A DNA stretch of 44,370 nucleotides from a virus (lineage: Duplodnaviria; Caudoviricetes): positions 1 to 44,370 of IMG/VR virus record IMGVR_UViG_3300031454_000238. One strand, given 5' to 3'. The notes under the pieces were generated by a model. That model saw only the letters and a list, made by a program, of their open reading frames with translations, was not told the origin of the DNA and searched no databases. Positions 9,582 to 17,871 of the stretch are shown piece after piece; the stretch's first letter is position 1; every line of letters starts with the position of its first letter. The position numbers and the translations under genes were made by a program.

Positions 9582-9650
9582 GGGCCAAGCGGCGCGACTC
9601 CGTTCACGAGAGGCGCGGCCCAAAGGCGGGGCAACTCGTGCCGGGAAGGG

Positions 9651-9752
9651 TTACTTCCCCTGTTGTTTGGGTGGATGCCGTCGTTCGATGGCTTCGCAGA
9701 TAAGCAAAAGCGCACGGCGCACGGCAAGCCATAATTCACGCTCGCCGTCCAA
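9651..9752 (-). CDS. 33-aa amphipathic peptide MDGERELWLAVRRALLLICEAIERRHPPKQQGK
   Basis: SD-like AAGGGGGTGA, TTG start, TAA stop; below the ORF-track cutoff. Confidence 0.5.
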   Translation of the reverse strand: MDGERELWLAVRRALLLICEAIERRHPPKQQGK

Positions 9753-9873
9753 GCGGCATCACCCCCTTTTCCTTGCTCTAACAGGCGAAATAGGGGATAA
9801 TGGAAGCGGACACACGAATGCCCCTTCACCGCTTGCGACGGCTAGGGGGCGCACACCGAAGGAGTAAGCTTCG

Positions 9874-10599
9874 ATGCCCGATCAGTCTACCACCATGACC
9901 ATTCCACTCACACAAGGCCAAGTCGCCCTCGTGGACGCCGAAGACTACGAGCGTGTCTCATACTTAAAGTGGTACGCCTCGCGCACCAAGACCAATTGCT
10001 ACGCGCTCCACAAGTACCGCGATGATGCGGGGAAGTGGACGGTTATCAGCCTGCACCGCTTTGTGATGGACGCACCGTCCGGTGTGCAGGTTGACCACGA
10101 GAACGGCAACGGCCTCGACTGCCAGAAGCACAATCTGCGTTTCGCTACGCACGCGCAGAACCGTCAGAATGTAGGCAGGCGGAGCAACAACACGAGCGGG
10201 TACAAGGGCGTGTCGTGGCACCCCGCCGTCAATCGCTGGATGGCAAGCATCAAAACGCCCGATGGACAATTTGCCATCGGCTATTTCGATGATCCCGTCC
10301 ATGCCGCCCGTGCCTACGATGCGAAAGCCCGCGAGTTGCACGGGGCGTTCGCCCGGTTGAACCTCCCGGACGCCCCGCCGCTTGCGACCCCCGTCGCAGT
10401 GTTGCGAGAAAGCAACACGTCGGGCTATCGCGGCGTCACCTTCCACAAGCAGCACGGAAAGTGGCTTGCGAAGATCAACCACGAGCAACGTTCGCGGCAT
10501 CTCGGCTTGTTCGACACCCCGGAAGTTGCCGCCCGCGCCTATGACGACGCAGCACGCGCACTCAAAGGCGCACGGGCGCGTCTCAATTTCCCCGACTAA
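9874..10599 (+). CDS. HNH homing endonuclease with two AP2 domains
   Basis: VDHENGNGLDCQKHNLR; two SGY(K/R)GV...W.A.I...G.FD.P..AARAYD..AR AP2 repeats; antisense to the late operon. Confidence 0.92.
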   Translation: MPDQSTTMTIPLTQGQVALVDAEDYERVSYLKWYASRTKTNCYALHKYRDDAGKWTVISLHRFVMDAPSGVQVDHENGNGLDCQKHNLRFATHAQNRQNVGRRSNNTSGYKGVSWHPAVNRWMASIKTPDGQFAIGYFDDPVHAARAYDAKARELHGAFARLNLPDAPPLATPVAVLRESNTSGYRGVTFHKQHGKWLAKINHEQRSRHLGLFDTPEVAARAYDDAARALKGARARLNFPD

Positions 10600-10895
10600 C
10601 GCTTGGTCGCCAGATACATCCGCATAGTTTCTTCGCTGGTCGTAGACCATCCGTCATCGAGCGCGACGTAACTCACCACGCCGTCGGCGTTCTTCTCCTC
10701 GCGATACCCGTTAGCCTTGTCGCGTTCGCGCTGCCGCTGTTCGGGCGTCTTGTGCGGGGGCGGGGCTGCCGCCTTCGCCGGGGGCTTCGCCGCCGCCTTC
10801 GGTGCCGCCTTCGGCTTCGGTGCGGGTGCCGGTGCCGGGGTCGGGACAACCGGGGCGTCGAGGGTCGCTACGGGCAGCGTCGGTACCTTGTCCAT
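10596..10895 (-). CDS. Small Pro/Ala/Lys-rich protein
   Basis: SD AGGAGG before ATG 10895; stop overlaps the HNH stop. Confidence 0.6.
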   Translation of the reverse strand: MDKVPTLPVATLDAPVVPTPAPAPAPKPKAAPKAAAKPPAKAAAPPPHKTPEQRQRERDKANGYREEKNADGVVSYVALDDGWSTTSEETMRMYLATKR

Positions 10896-10899
10896 GCTG

Positions 10900-11265
10900 T
10901 TAACCTCCTGTGATGCGTAGGTTGAACGAGCCGATGCTCGCTCCCTCCTGAAGCGGATACCCAAAAAACGGTTCGCTGCTCGCCACCACACCCATGTACC
11001 CCGCGAAGGGCCGCTGCGCCGCAAAGAGCGCGTGCAGGGCGTCGGTACGGGCATCGCAGGCTTGGGGGCCGCTATCCCGCACGCGCACCTGCACCGTGCG
11101 CTCCCGAATCGCCGCGCCATCGAGCGTGCCGTCGGCTTGCGGCCCGCCCGTGCGTGAGAGCGTCACCGAGCGCACGGGCGACGGTTGTTCCTTGTTGTAG
11201 AACACAGTGGTCTCGGTCGGGATAGTGGCACGGATAAACGCATCGAGGTCTTCGAGCAACGCCAT
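10900..11265 (-). CDS. Tail terminator / minor capsid-type neck protein
   Basis: TGG...TVQVRVR motif; synteny after the gp10-like gene. Confidence 0.7.
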   Translation of the reverse strand: MALLEDLDAFIRATIPTETTVFYNKEQPSPVRSVTLSRTGGPQADGTLDGAAIRERTVQVRVRDSGPQACDARTDALHALFAAQRPFAGYMGVVASSEPFFGYPLQEGASIGSFNLRITGG

Positions 11266-11274
11266 CCGTTCCCC

Positions 11275-11454
11275 CTAGAGTTTCGCCGTCTGTGATTTCC
11301 GCTGCTTGCGGGATGGCTCGAAAGAATTCTCGTGTGTATTGCGGTGCTTGGGAGAGCGATCAGGCGGGGCTACACCCTGCTGCCGTGCGCGATTCACCTG
11401 CCGCGCCCATGCGAGGTTCGCCCCGATGTCGCCCTTTCGTGATTTGCTCGCCAT
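11275..11454 (-). CDS. 59-aa basic protein flanked by 20-bp direct repeats
   Basis: MASKSRKGDIGANLAWARQ...AKL*; repeats at 11260-11279 and 11449-11468 (19/20 identical). Confidence 0.55.
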   Translation of the reverse strand: MASKSRKGDIGANLAWARQVNRARQQGVAPPDRSPKHRNTHENSFEPSRKQRKSQTAKL

Positions 11455-11463
11455 GCGTTCCCC

Positions 11464-11817
11464 CTAGACCTTGGCTTTTGCGGCAATTCGTGCCAGCATC
11501 CCGGCCCGCCGTTCGTCCACGGCACTCCGCAAAAAGTGGCTCTGGCCCGTGGGGTGATGCTTCTGGGTGTCTTCCTCGACCAACTCCGCGTAGACGTTGC
11601 TCGGTTGCCCCGTGCGCGGGTTCACGTCGTTATCGCGTCCGAAACTACCGTACACCGTATCGCCCTCCACAGCGGTTCTCGCGCTGTCGTGCAGGGTTTC
11701 GGTGTCGCGTGGCACGCGCTCTTGTGCAAGGCTCATGGTGCCTTCCACATCCTCCTTGACGGCGGCAAGAACGTTTGCCCGCATCCTTGCGAAAATCGCA
11801 GTGTCGAGGGCCATCAC
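11464..11817 (-). CDS. HK97 gp10-like neck protein
   Basis: AQERVPRDTETLHDS...YAELVEE...HFLRSAVDE. Confidence 0.8.
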   Translation of the reverse strand: MMALDTAIFARMRANVLAAVKEDVEGTMSLAQERVPRDTETLHDSARTAVEGDTVYGSFGRDNDVNPRTGQPSNVYAELVEEDTQKHHPTGQSHFLRSAVDERRAGMLARIAAKAKV

Positions 11818-12077
11818 GCACCGTCCTTCCCCGCAAGCAGCGCGGCGACGATCTGATCGGGCCGCATCGCCAGCAGTTCGGGGGTGACGCGGGTTCTTCG
11901 CCCGTTCACCGTCACGGAGCGTTCCCAGTGCGCATCAACGATACGGGGCGTCTCCGGGGGGTCGTAGACAGATCGAGGCCACATCTTGTTATCAACGACC
12001 GCACGCACCATCACCCGATGCCCCGCGCTTTCGAGGGCATCAATTGCGGCAGCGAGGTTGGCGAGTTCGGGCGGCAT
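11814..12077 (-). CDS. Hypothetical protein
   Basis: Start/stop overlaps with both neighbours. Confidence 0.5.
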   Translation of the reverse strand: MPPELANLAAAIDALESAGHRVMVRAVVDNKMWPRSVYDPPETPRIVDAHWERSVTVNGRRTRVTPELLAMRPDQIVAALLAGKDGA

Positions 12078-12673
12078 CACACACCGTCCCACGGCAGGAT
12101 TTCCACCTTGCCGAACACGCGCTCTCGCACCACGTACGTGAGCGTGGGGTCGAGGTGCGACCCGCCAGATTCGGGATGCGCGTGGTTGCGGATCACCCAT
12201 CCGTGCGCTCCGGTGTACGCCTCACGCGCCTTGGGCTGCCGCACGCCGTCGAGCAGCACCACGCGCCGCATATTCACGACGGGTTGCGCAAACCGCACCG
12301 CGAAGTGGTTCCCGTCTATCGCCGCGTCGCTCGTGGTGAAGTCGCGGGGTAGGCGTTCGACCAACCCCGGCACCCACGCGGCCATCGTGTAATAGCCATC
12401 AGCCGCCCCCGTGCGCACCACCATGCGCCGCTCGTAATCGGGGCCGTGGATGATGCCGTCGGCGTCCATGCGCTCCCACGCTTGCGGCCCGATGTCGGCA
12501 CGCGGGATGTACGGCGTTTCGCCGCTCACGCCGCTGGTGAACGTGAGACCGCCCGCAAGCGGCCCCGTGAGCGTGATCGTCGGTTCCGCGCTCTCGCGGG
12601 CATCCGCCTTCATCCCCGCGACCGCCGCGAGAATGCCGCCGAGTGCGGTGCCGAGGGCGTGCCGCCTGTTCAT
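12077..12673 (-). CDS. Hypothetical protein with twin-arginine (Tat)-like signal peptide
   Basis: MNRRHALGTALGGILAAVAGMKADA; SD-like AAGGGGAAG. Confidence 0.55.
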   Translation of the reverse strand: MNRRHALGTALGGILAAVAGMKADARESAEPTITLTGPLAGGLTFTSGVSGETPYIPRADIGPQAWERMDADGIIHGPDYERRMVVRTGAADGYYTMAAWVPGLVERLPRDFTTSDAAIDGNHFAVRFAQPVVNMRRVVLLDGVRQPKAREAYTGAHGWVIRNHAHPESGGSHLDPTLTYVVRERVFGKVEILPWDGV

Positions 12674-12683
12674 CGCTTCCCCC

Positions 12684-13049
12684 TTACAAATATGCCGTTG
12701 TGGGCTGCACCGGAATCGCGCTGGTATCGCGGAACGCCGCCACCACCACGCGCTCAACGCCGTTTACGGTCAACAGATCACCCGCATCGAGGGCGGGGGG
12801 GCCGGGGAAAGCAAATACGGCCTTTTCCTTTGACACGATGACCGTGCCGGAGGTGCCGGTGATGCGCTCGACTTCGCCCGTGACGATGGCGTCATAGTCC
12901 ACCGCCACCCCCGGCGTGCTATCCGCCCACCCGCCACCCCCCGCCGTGACCCGCCGTAGGGAAACGGTGATCCCCTGACCCGCGACGGCGGCGTCCACGG
13001 CGCGGCGAATCGTTGCCGCCGTGGATGCGCCGATCAGTGGCTTCGGCAC
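12684..13049 (-). CDS. Head closure / stopper protein
   Basis: Size, synteny, GDLLTVNG beta-strand pattern. Confidence 0.65.
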   Translation of the reverse strand: MPKPLIGASTAATIRRAVDAAVAGQGITVSLRRVTAGGGGWADSTPGVAVDYDAIVTGEVERITGTSGTVIVSKEKAVFAFPGPPALDAGDLLTVNGVERVVVAAFRDTSAIPVQPTTAYL

Positions 13050-13052
13050 CCG

Positions 13053-13451
13053 CTACCTCCTTGTGTACGCGTCGTCATACTGCACTCTCGCCCGACGCAG
13101 GGGGGGCATCGTCACGGGCGGGCCGGTGTCGGTCGCCGTTGCCGCCAGTCGCGCCCGGTACGCGAGGAAGTCTTGGCGCAACTTGTCCCACGCCCTGACC
13201 CGCCCCGCCAGCCCCACGTTCACGGCCCCGGCGATGCCTACGGAATCCACCTCTTGTGCGAACAGGCCGTAGAGGTGGCTAGCGAGCGCGGATACGCCCA
13301 TCTCGTAGCCGTAGCGGGCAACTTCGGCGGCGATTTCGATGTCGCTGAGGATCGCCGTGTCCGCGTCCGTCACGTCGGCGATTGCGAGATCGAACCGGGC
13401 GCGGGAGGTGTTGTCCCCCGCGCCCGCAACGTAGCTGTACCCTGCAGGCAT
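13053..13451 (-). CDS. Head-tail adaptor
   Basis: ARFDLAIAD...ILSDIEI motif; position after the capsid gene. Confidence 0.7.
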   Translation of the reverse strand: MPAGYSYVAGAGDNTSRARFDLAIADVTDADTAILSDIEIAAEVARYGYEMGVSALASHLYGLFAQEVDSVGIAGAVNVGLAGRVRAWDKLRQDFLAYRARLAATATDTGPPVTMPPLRRARVQYDDAYTRR

Positions 13452-13463
13452 CCTGTGCCTCCG

Positions 13464-13694
13464 TTACACCGTACCGGGCGGGGCCGGTTCTTCGGTGCCG
13501 TCTCGACCTATTTTTCTCCCATTCGGGCCGACGCGGACGCCACCGACAATGTAGGACGCCTTGCCGGGCTCCACCGTGTCGAGGCGGGCGGGTTCGGGTT
13601 CGGGGGCGGCAGCGGCCCGCGCCATCGCCAGTTCCTCGGCGGCTTGCATCGCCGCGTCGTCCGCCACCACGTCGGCAGTCTTCGGGGTTGTCAT
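13464..13694 (-). CDS. Small hypothetical protein
   Basis: SD AAAGGA; directly after MCP. Confidence 0.55.
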   Translation of the reverse strand: MTTPKTADVVADDAAMQAAEELAMARAAAAPEPEPARLDTVEPGKASYIVGGVRVGPNGRKIGRDGTEEPAPPGTV

Positions 13695-13725
13695 CGTGCG
13701 TGTCCTTTCTGCGCTACCCACTCAC

Positions 13726-14781
13726 TTAGGAAATAACAGGAGAGACATAAACCCCGCCCGCACCGACGAAAAGCACCGCCGCCGCCACGCGATCCACGAC
13801 GCCGATGCCGAACTCGCGCCCGTAGCCGCGTGCGTGCAGGGGGAACTGGTCGAACTCGAACGCCAATTCGAGGTTGCCCGTGCCGAGATCGTTGCGGCGA
13901 TAGGCGAGCGGGGACGGCACCCCACCCATCCACCCGACCACGTAGTTCGCGGGTACCCACGGCTTCACCCAGACCTCCGCCGCCCCATAGAGGCCAATCG
14001 CCCGGTTGTTGACGTTGAGCGTGTCGAGTGCGCGGCCCGTGGCATAGGTCGCCGTTTGCGGCTGGGTGATGCGCACGTCCACGTAGGCGGTGAACCCCAC
14101 GAGCGCACGCACCGCCGCTTCCTGCCCCGAATTGATGTACAGGAGCGGCGTACCCGCGCCGAAGTGCTCGATGATCGTGGCGATCTGCGCATCGAGGGCG
14201 GCGGCGGTGAGGGTCGCGGCATTGAGATAGTGCGTATGCATCGCGGCGTTGAACGTCTCGCCGTTCGGCCCCGACGGAATGCTCGCGCTGTCCGCGTTGG
14301 CCAGTGCCTTCACCGCCAGCGAGACGTGATCCACGCGGCGATCCTCGAAGGCGTAGTTCGTGGGGCGGAACAATGCCCGCTTGATCTCGCGCTGGATCGC
14401 CTTGACGTCCGCGATCATCATCGTCTCTACCGTCTTGGCGATCTGATTCCCCGTGGTGCGCTGGAAGAACACCCGCGTCCACTGCAATGCCCCGCCGTAG
14501 AAACGCAACGGCAGACCGAGCGTCGCCCCCGTGGTCATCTTCTGCGCGTCGGGCAGGCCGAATTCGTCCAGTTCCTCCATCACCATCGTGTCCACGCCGC
14601 CGTAGACGCGCTGGCGATCCGTGGTGATCTCCACGAGATCGCCCATCATCTCGCGGGTCGCGGCGTTGTGGACCGCCAGTTGCCCCGCAATCGCGTTGTA
14701 GACCGCCGCCTCGCCGAGGGCGGCAACCGTCGCACCCTGCGCGGCGAGGGTGTCGAAGGAAGAAAGGGTACCGAATGCCAT
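13726..14781 (-). CDS. Major capsid protein
   Basis: 351 aa, SD AAGGAG, position after scaffold and decoration genes. Confidence 0.85.
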   Translation of the reverse strand: MAFGTLSSFDTLAAQGATVAALGEAAVYNAIAGQLAVHNAATREMMGDLVEITTDRQRVYGGVDTMVMEELDEFGLPDAQKMTTGATLGLPLRFYGGALQWTRVFFQRTTGNQIAKTVETMMIADVKAIQREIKRALFRPTNYAFEDRRVDHVSLAVKALANADSASIPSGPNGETFNAAMHTHYLNAATLTAAALDAQIATIIEHFGAGTPLLYINSGQEAAVRALVGFTAYVDVRITQPQTATYATGRALDTLNVNNRAIGLYGAAEVWVKPWVPANYVVGWMGGVPSPLAYRRNDLGTGNLELAFEFDQFPLHARGYGREFGIGVVDRVAAAVLFVGAGGVYVSPVIS

Positions 14782-14821
14782 TTATATACTCTCCTTCTAG
14801 GGAGTAGTGCCGCGAGGCCGT

Positions 14822-15220
14822 CTAATAGACGCTCTGGCGAATGTGAACACGGGTGGCGTCCACCACGTAGCCTATCGGCGAAACGCCGCCCGTGCTGGCA
14901 ACGTCCGCAAGCCCGCCCGGTACGGTGGCGGAGAGGTACAGCTTCGTGCCGGGGATGAGGCCGCTGCCATAGCGAAGATTCACGTCCCACAGGAGCGTGA
15001 CCGCCTCGCCCACGGGGGCGGAGATCGCCGCGAAGCCGATCACGGCGGCGGCGGCGGCGACTGCGGCCCCGCTGCTGCGCATCACGAGGCCGTCGTTGCG
15101 CAGGTAGCACAGGTCGCCCGCCGCGATTGCCTCGCCCGCGAGCATCCCGCTCAGTTTTTGGTTGTTCGCCGGGATCACGCTCGAAAGCGACGGCAGCCCG
15201 GTCTTCGTCAGCTCGGCCAC
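14822..15220 (-). CDS. Capsid decoration/cement protein
   Basis: AGEAIAAGDLCY...GTKLYLS...GGL; position between scaffold and MCP. Confidence 0.75.
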   Translation of the reverse strand: MAELTKTGLPSLSSVIPANNQKLSGMLAGEAIAAGDLCYLRNDGLVMRSSGAAVAAAAAVIGFAAISAPVGEAVTLLWDVNLRYGSGLIPGTKLYLSATVPGGLADVASTGGVSPIGYVVDATRVHIRQSVY

Positions 15221-15237
15221 TGTTGTTACTCCTTAGA

Positions 15238-15858
15238 CTAGAATCGTTTGTAGAGGCCGGTACCCGCGAGTTCGGCGGCGGCGCGTTGGATGTCCTGCTC
15301 CGGTGTGACCGTTGCGGTGTTCCCCCGCCCCGTCGCGGGTGGGCCGCCGTTGCCGCCCTCGGCGCGTTTGAAGTGCGGCTTCTTGTCGAGGATCGCCTTG
15401 ACGATCCCGTGCAAGCCCTTCGGTTCGCCCGCGTCGTCGCGCTCAATTGCCGCAAGGTCGCCGAGGAAGGGCAGCACGTCTTCGGGGTCAATCGCGCCCT
15501 GCTTCGCGGCCTCGGCGCGGGCATTGGCCCGCACCACCAGCGACCACGACGCGGCACTGGTTGCGTCGCGTTCGCGCTCCGCGTTGGCGGCGCGTTCCGT
15601 GGCGAGACTGATCTGCTTTTGCAGGTCGCCGTCCGCCTTCGCCTTGTCCTCTGCGGCGCGACCGTCGGCGGCTTCGCGGTCGGTTCGCCACTTGGCGTTG
15701 TCGCGGGACTGCTTCTCGGCGAGATTGGCCCGTTCTCGCTCCTTCGCCAGTGCGCCCTCCAGTCGCGCCACGCTGCCCGTCGCGTCGGCGTCGCGCCCCG
15801 CGTCGGTCTCGGTTGTGGTCGTGGTCGTGGTCGGGGTCGTAATCGTCTCTTCCGGCAT
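15238..15858 (-). CDS. Capsid scaffolding protein (N-terminus apparently supplied by the HNH insert)
   Basis: Coiled coil, GAIDPEDV...ILDKKPHF; SD GAGGAG. Confidence 0.85.
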   Translation of the reverse strand: MPEETITTPTTTTTTTETDAGRDADATGSVARLEGALAKERERANLAEKQSRDNAKWRTDREAADGRAAEDKAKADGDLQKQISLATERAANAERERDATSAASWSLVVRANARAEAAKQGAIDPEDVLPFLGDLAAIERDDAGEPKGLHGIVKAILDKKPHFKRAEGGNGGPPATGRGNTATVTPEQDIQRAAAELAGTGLYKRF

Positions 15859-16049
15859 CGCGCCAGACTCCTCTCAGGGCATCGCGCCCCGGTAGTTAAA
15901 GATAGGGATCGGCACGAAGCGTCGCGCTCGTGCAGGGGAGGGGTTTTCCTTGCTACAACAAGGGAAACGCGGTACAATCAGGGCAGCGAAATGCCCCTCC
16001 ACTACGCGAATAGTGAGGGGCGCGACACCCGAACCGCTAGGAGGTTCCG

Positions 16050-16649
16050 ATGCATCCCGATGGTATCACGCTACCCTTTGAAGATGCCCGTTTTTGGGCA
16101 AAGGTTGACTTCAACGGCCCCGTTCCCGAACGCTACCCCGAATTAGGCCCGTGCTGGCTGTGGACAGCGGGAACATCCACGCAAGGGTACGGGCGGTTCA
16201 ACTGGAAGGGCCGAATGCAACGCTCCCATCGCGTCGTCTTCATGCGCACTTACCCCCAAACTCCTGAGCCAGAATGTGTTTGCCATCACTGTGACACTCC
16301 CGCCTGCCAGAACCCCGCGCACCTCTTCGCTGGCACGAGAGACGACAATAACAAAGACAAGGCGCACAAGGGTCGCGTCGTGACCCTATCTGGCGATGCG
16401 CATCACTCCCGTGCTCACCCCGAGAGACTAGTGCGGGGCGATGCGCATCATTCTCGTACTCACCCTGAGACACTAGCGCGAGGAGGGCGACACGGCAACG
16501 CCAAACTCACAGAGTCGCAAGTTTACGAGATTCGCCTTCGCTACTCGCTTTCCTTGTTGTCGCTGGCGATGATGGCGAAAGAATACGGTGTGAGCAAGGC
16601 TACAATTCAACGCATTGTGAGCCGAGCAGGGTGGCAACACGTCCCATAA
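16050..16649 (+). CDS. HNH homing endonuclease with C-terminal HTH
   Basis: RFWAKV...CWLWT...GYG...HR...VCHHCDTPACQNPAHL...N; GDAHHSR.HPE duplication; AKLTE...IR...YGVS. Confidence 0.92.
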   Translation: MHPDGITLPFEDARFWAKVDFNGPVPERYPELGPCWLWTAGTSTQGYGRFNWKGRMQRSHRVVFMRTYPQTPEPECVCHHCDTPACQNPAHLFAGTRDDNNKDKAHKGRVVTLSGDAHHSRAHPERLVRGDAHHSRTHPETLARGGRHGNAKLTESQVYEIRLRYSLSLLSLAMMAKEYGVSKATIQRIVSRAGWQHVP

Positions 16650-16653
16650 GCAA

Positions 16654-16740
16654 TGTCGTGACAGTCGCGCCGCCGGTGGCCCCGGTGTCCTGCTCGTGCA
16701 GGCGGAAGTGACGGTGCAAGGCACGGTGAAACAAGGGCAT
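16654..16740 (-). pseudogene. Displaced original 5' end of the scaffold gene
   Basis: SD AAGGAGG, MPLFHRALHRHFRLHEQDTGATGGATVTT; TVTT matches TITT of the current scaffold start; same leader hairpins. Confidence 0.6.
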
Positions 16741-16839
16741 CGCGCCCTCCTTTGCGTGGGGCGTCGCGCCCCGCTATGGGTGTGGATATATGCAGCGGGG
16801 CGGCGTCGCGCCTACCCGCAGAGCAGTTGAAACCCGCTA

Positions 16840-17259
16840 TTAAGCAGGATGTGTGTAACTGAATGACGTAATCGCCACCGTCCCACCGAGTGCTATACTT
16901 ACGCTATTTAACTGCATATCACCGCCGCCGCCTGTGGCGGTGATCGTGCCTTCAAGGCGGCGTAGAGTAGTGGACACGCCGGTCGCGTCACCGGAGAGGC
17001 GCACGCGGAAGTACGCCGCCGTTCCCGTGGCGTCCGCGCTCGTGTCGGAGGCGATGGCCCCCGCCGTTGCGACCGCGCCGCTGACGGTGAACGAGGTCGC
17101 CGCGAGGGTGAGCGTGCCGAGCAGCGTTCCCGTTTGCGCAGCGTCGGGGCCGGGTGCGGTACCCGTGAAAATCTCGATTACCCCCGTCGTGTTGAACGCG
17201 GTGGAGAAGCCGCTGCTGAGGTTAAACGCCTTCAACGCCGTGCTGTGCGCAATCGTCAT
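16840..17259 (-). CDS. Small virion fibre-associated structural protein
   Basis: IFTGTAP...TGTLLGTLTL...ATGTAAYFR...GGGDMQLNSVSIALGGTVAITSF. Confidence 0.7.
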   Translation of the reverse strand: MTIAHSTALKAFNLSSGFSTAFNTTGVIEIFTGTAPGPDAAQTGTLLGTLTLAATSFTVSGAVATAGAIASDTSADATGTAAYFRVRLSGDATGVSTTLRRLEGTITATGGGGDMQLNSVSIALGGTVAITSFSYTHPA

Positions 17260-17262
17260 GAC

Positions 17263-17523
17263 TTACGCCTCCGTTTCTAGCGTCGGGTCGCCATGCGCCG
17301 CCATCTGTTCGGCGCGTAGAATTGCAATCTCCCCAGTGAGAGCGAGGACTTCCGGTGTGTTCTCCGCCCGCAACGCCGCCATACGCCCCGCGTCGGGGGG
17401 TAGGGTGTCCACGTCATCGGGGAGTGCCTTGCGCCACGCCACGCCACGCTTCGCCTTCAAGGAGGCGATTTCGTCGGTGTACTGATCGAACGTCTTTTTC
17501 TTCGGTTCCGGCTTTGCCACCAC
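17263..17523 (-). CDS. Small helical hypothetical protein
   Basis: SD AAGGAGG; tight packing. Confidence 0.6.
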   Translation of the reverse strand: MVAKPEPKKKTFDQYTDEIASLKAKRGVAWRKALPDDVDTLPPDAGRMAALRAENTPEVLALTGEIAILRAEQMAAHGDPTLETEA

Positions 17524-17532
17524 GCCCCTCCT

Positions 17533-17862
17533 TTACACGAACGGTGCCGCAATGACACGAAAACTGCCATACGTCGCGTCCGGTTTCGTGATATCCGGAT
17601 CAACCCACCCCCACTGCCAGGAGCCCACCACATCGCACCTGATCGTCAGCTCGTAGTACCCCACCGTAGTCACCCCGTTGATGACGTGGGCGACCTGCGG
17701 GCTGGCGGGAAACGTGTACGGGGTGGAGGCGGTCTCCTTCGGCGGCAGGATGCGCACGGTAGGAACTGCGGGGTCGTACTCCACGTACGACCCCGCAGCG
17801 GCGTTTACCAAACGACGATAGGTGTAGCCGATGACCACGGTGCCGCCCTCGGTGATATCCAT
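17533..17862 (-). CDS. Small beta-sandwich (BppU-like) structural protein
   Basis: DPAVPTVRI...GYY...GSWQWGW...GSFRV; SD AAGGAG. Confidence 0.6.
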   Translation of the reverse strand: MDITEGGTVVIGYTYRRLVNAAAGSYVEYDPAVPTVRILPPKETASTPYTFPASPQVAHVINGVTTVGYYELTIRCDVVGSWQWGWVDPDITKPDATYGSFRVIAAPFV

Positions 17863-17871
17863 AGATTCTCC

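Noticed and set aside
9651-10700. Terminus replacement by the HNH-AP2 element
   Set aside because: No duplicated terminus of either neighbour found; only a weak LDG/LDDG match
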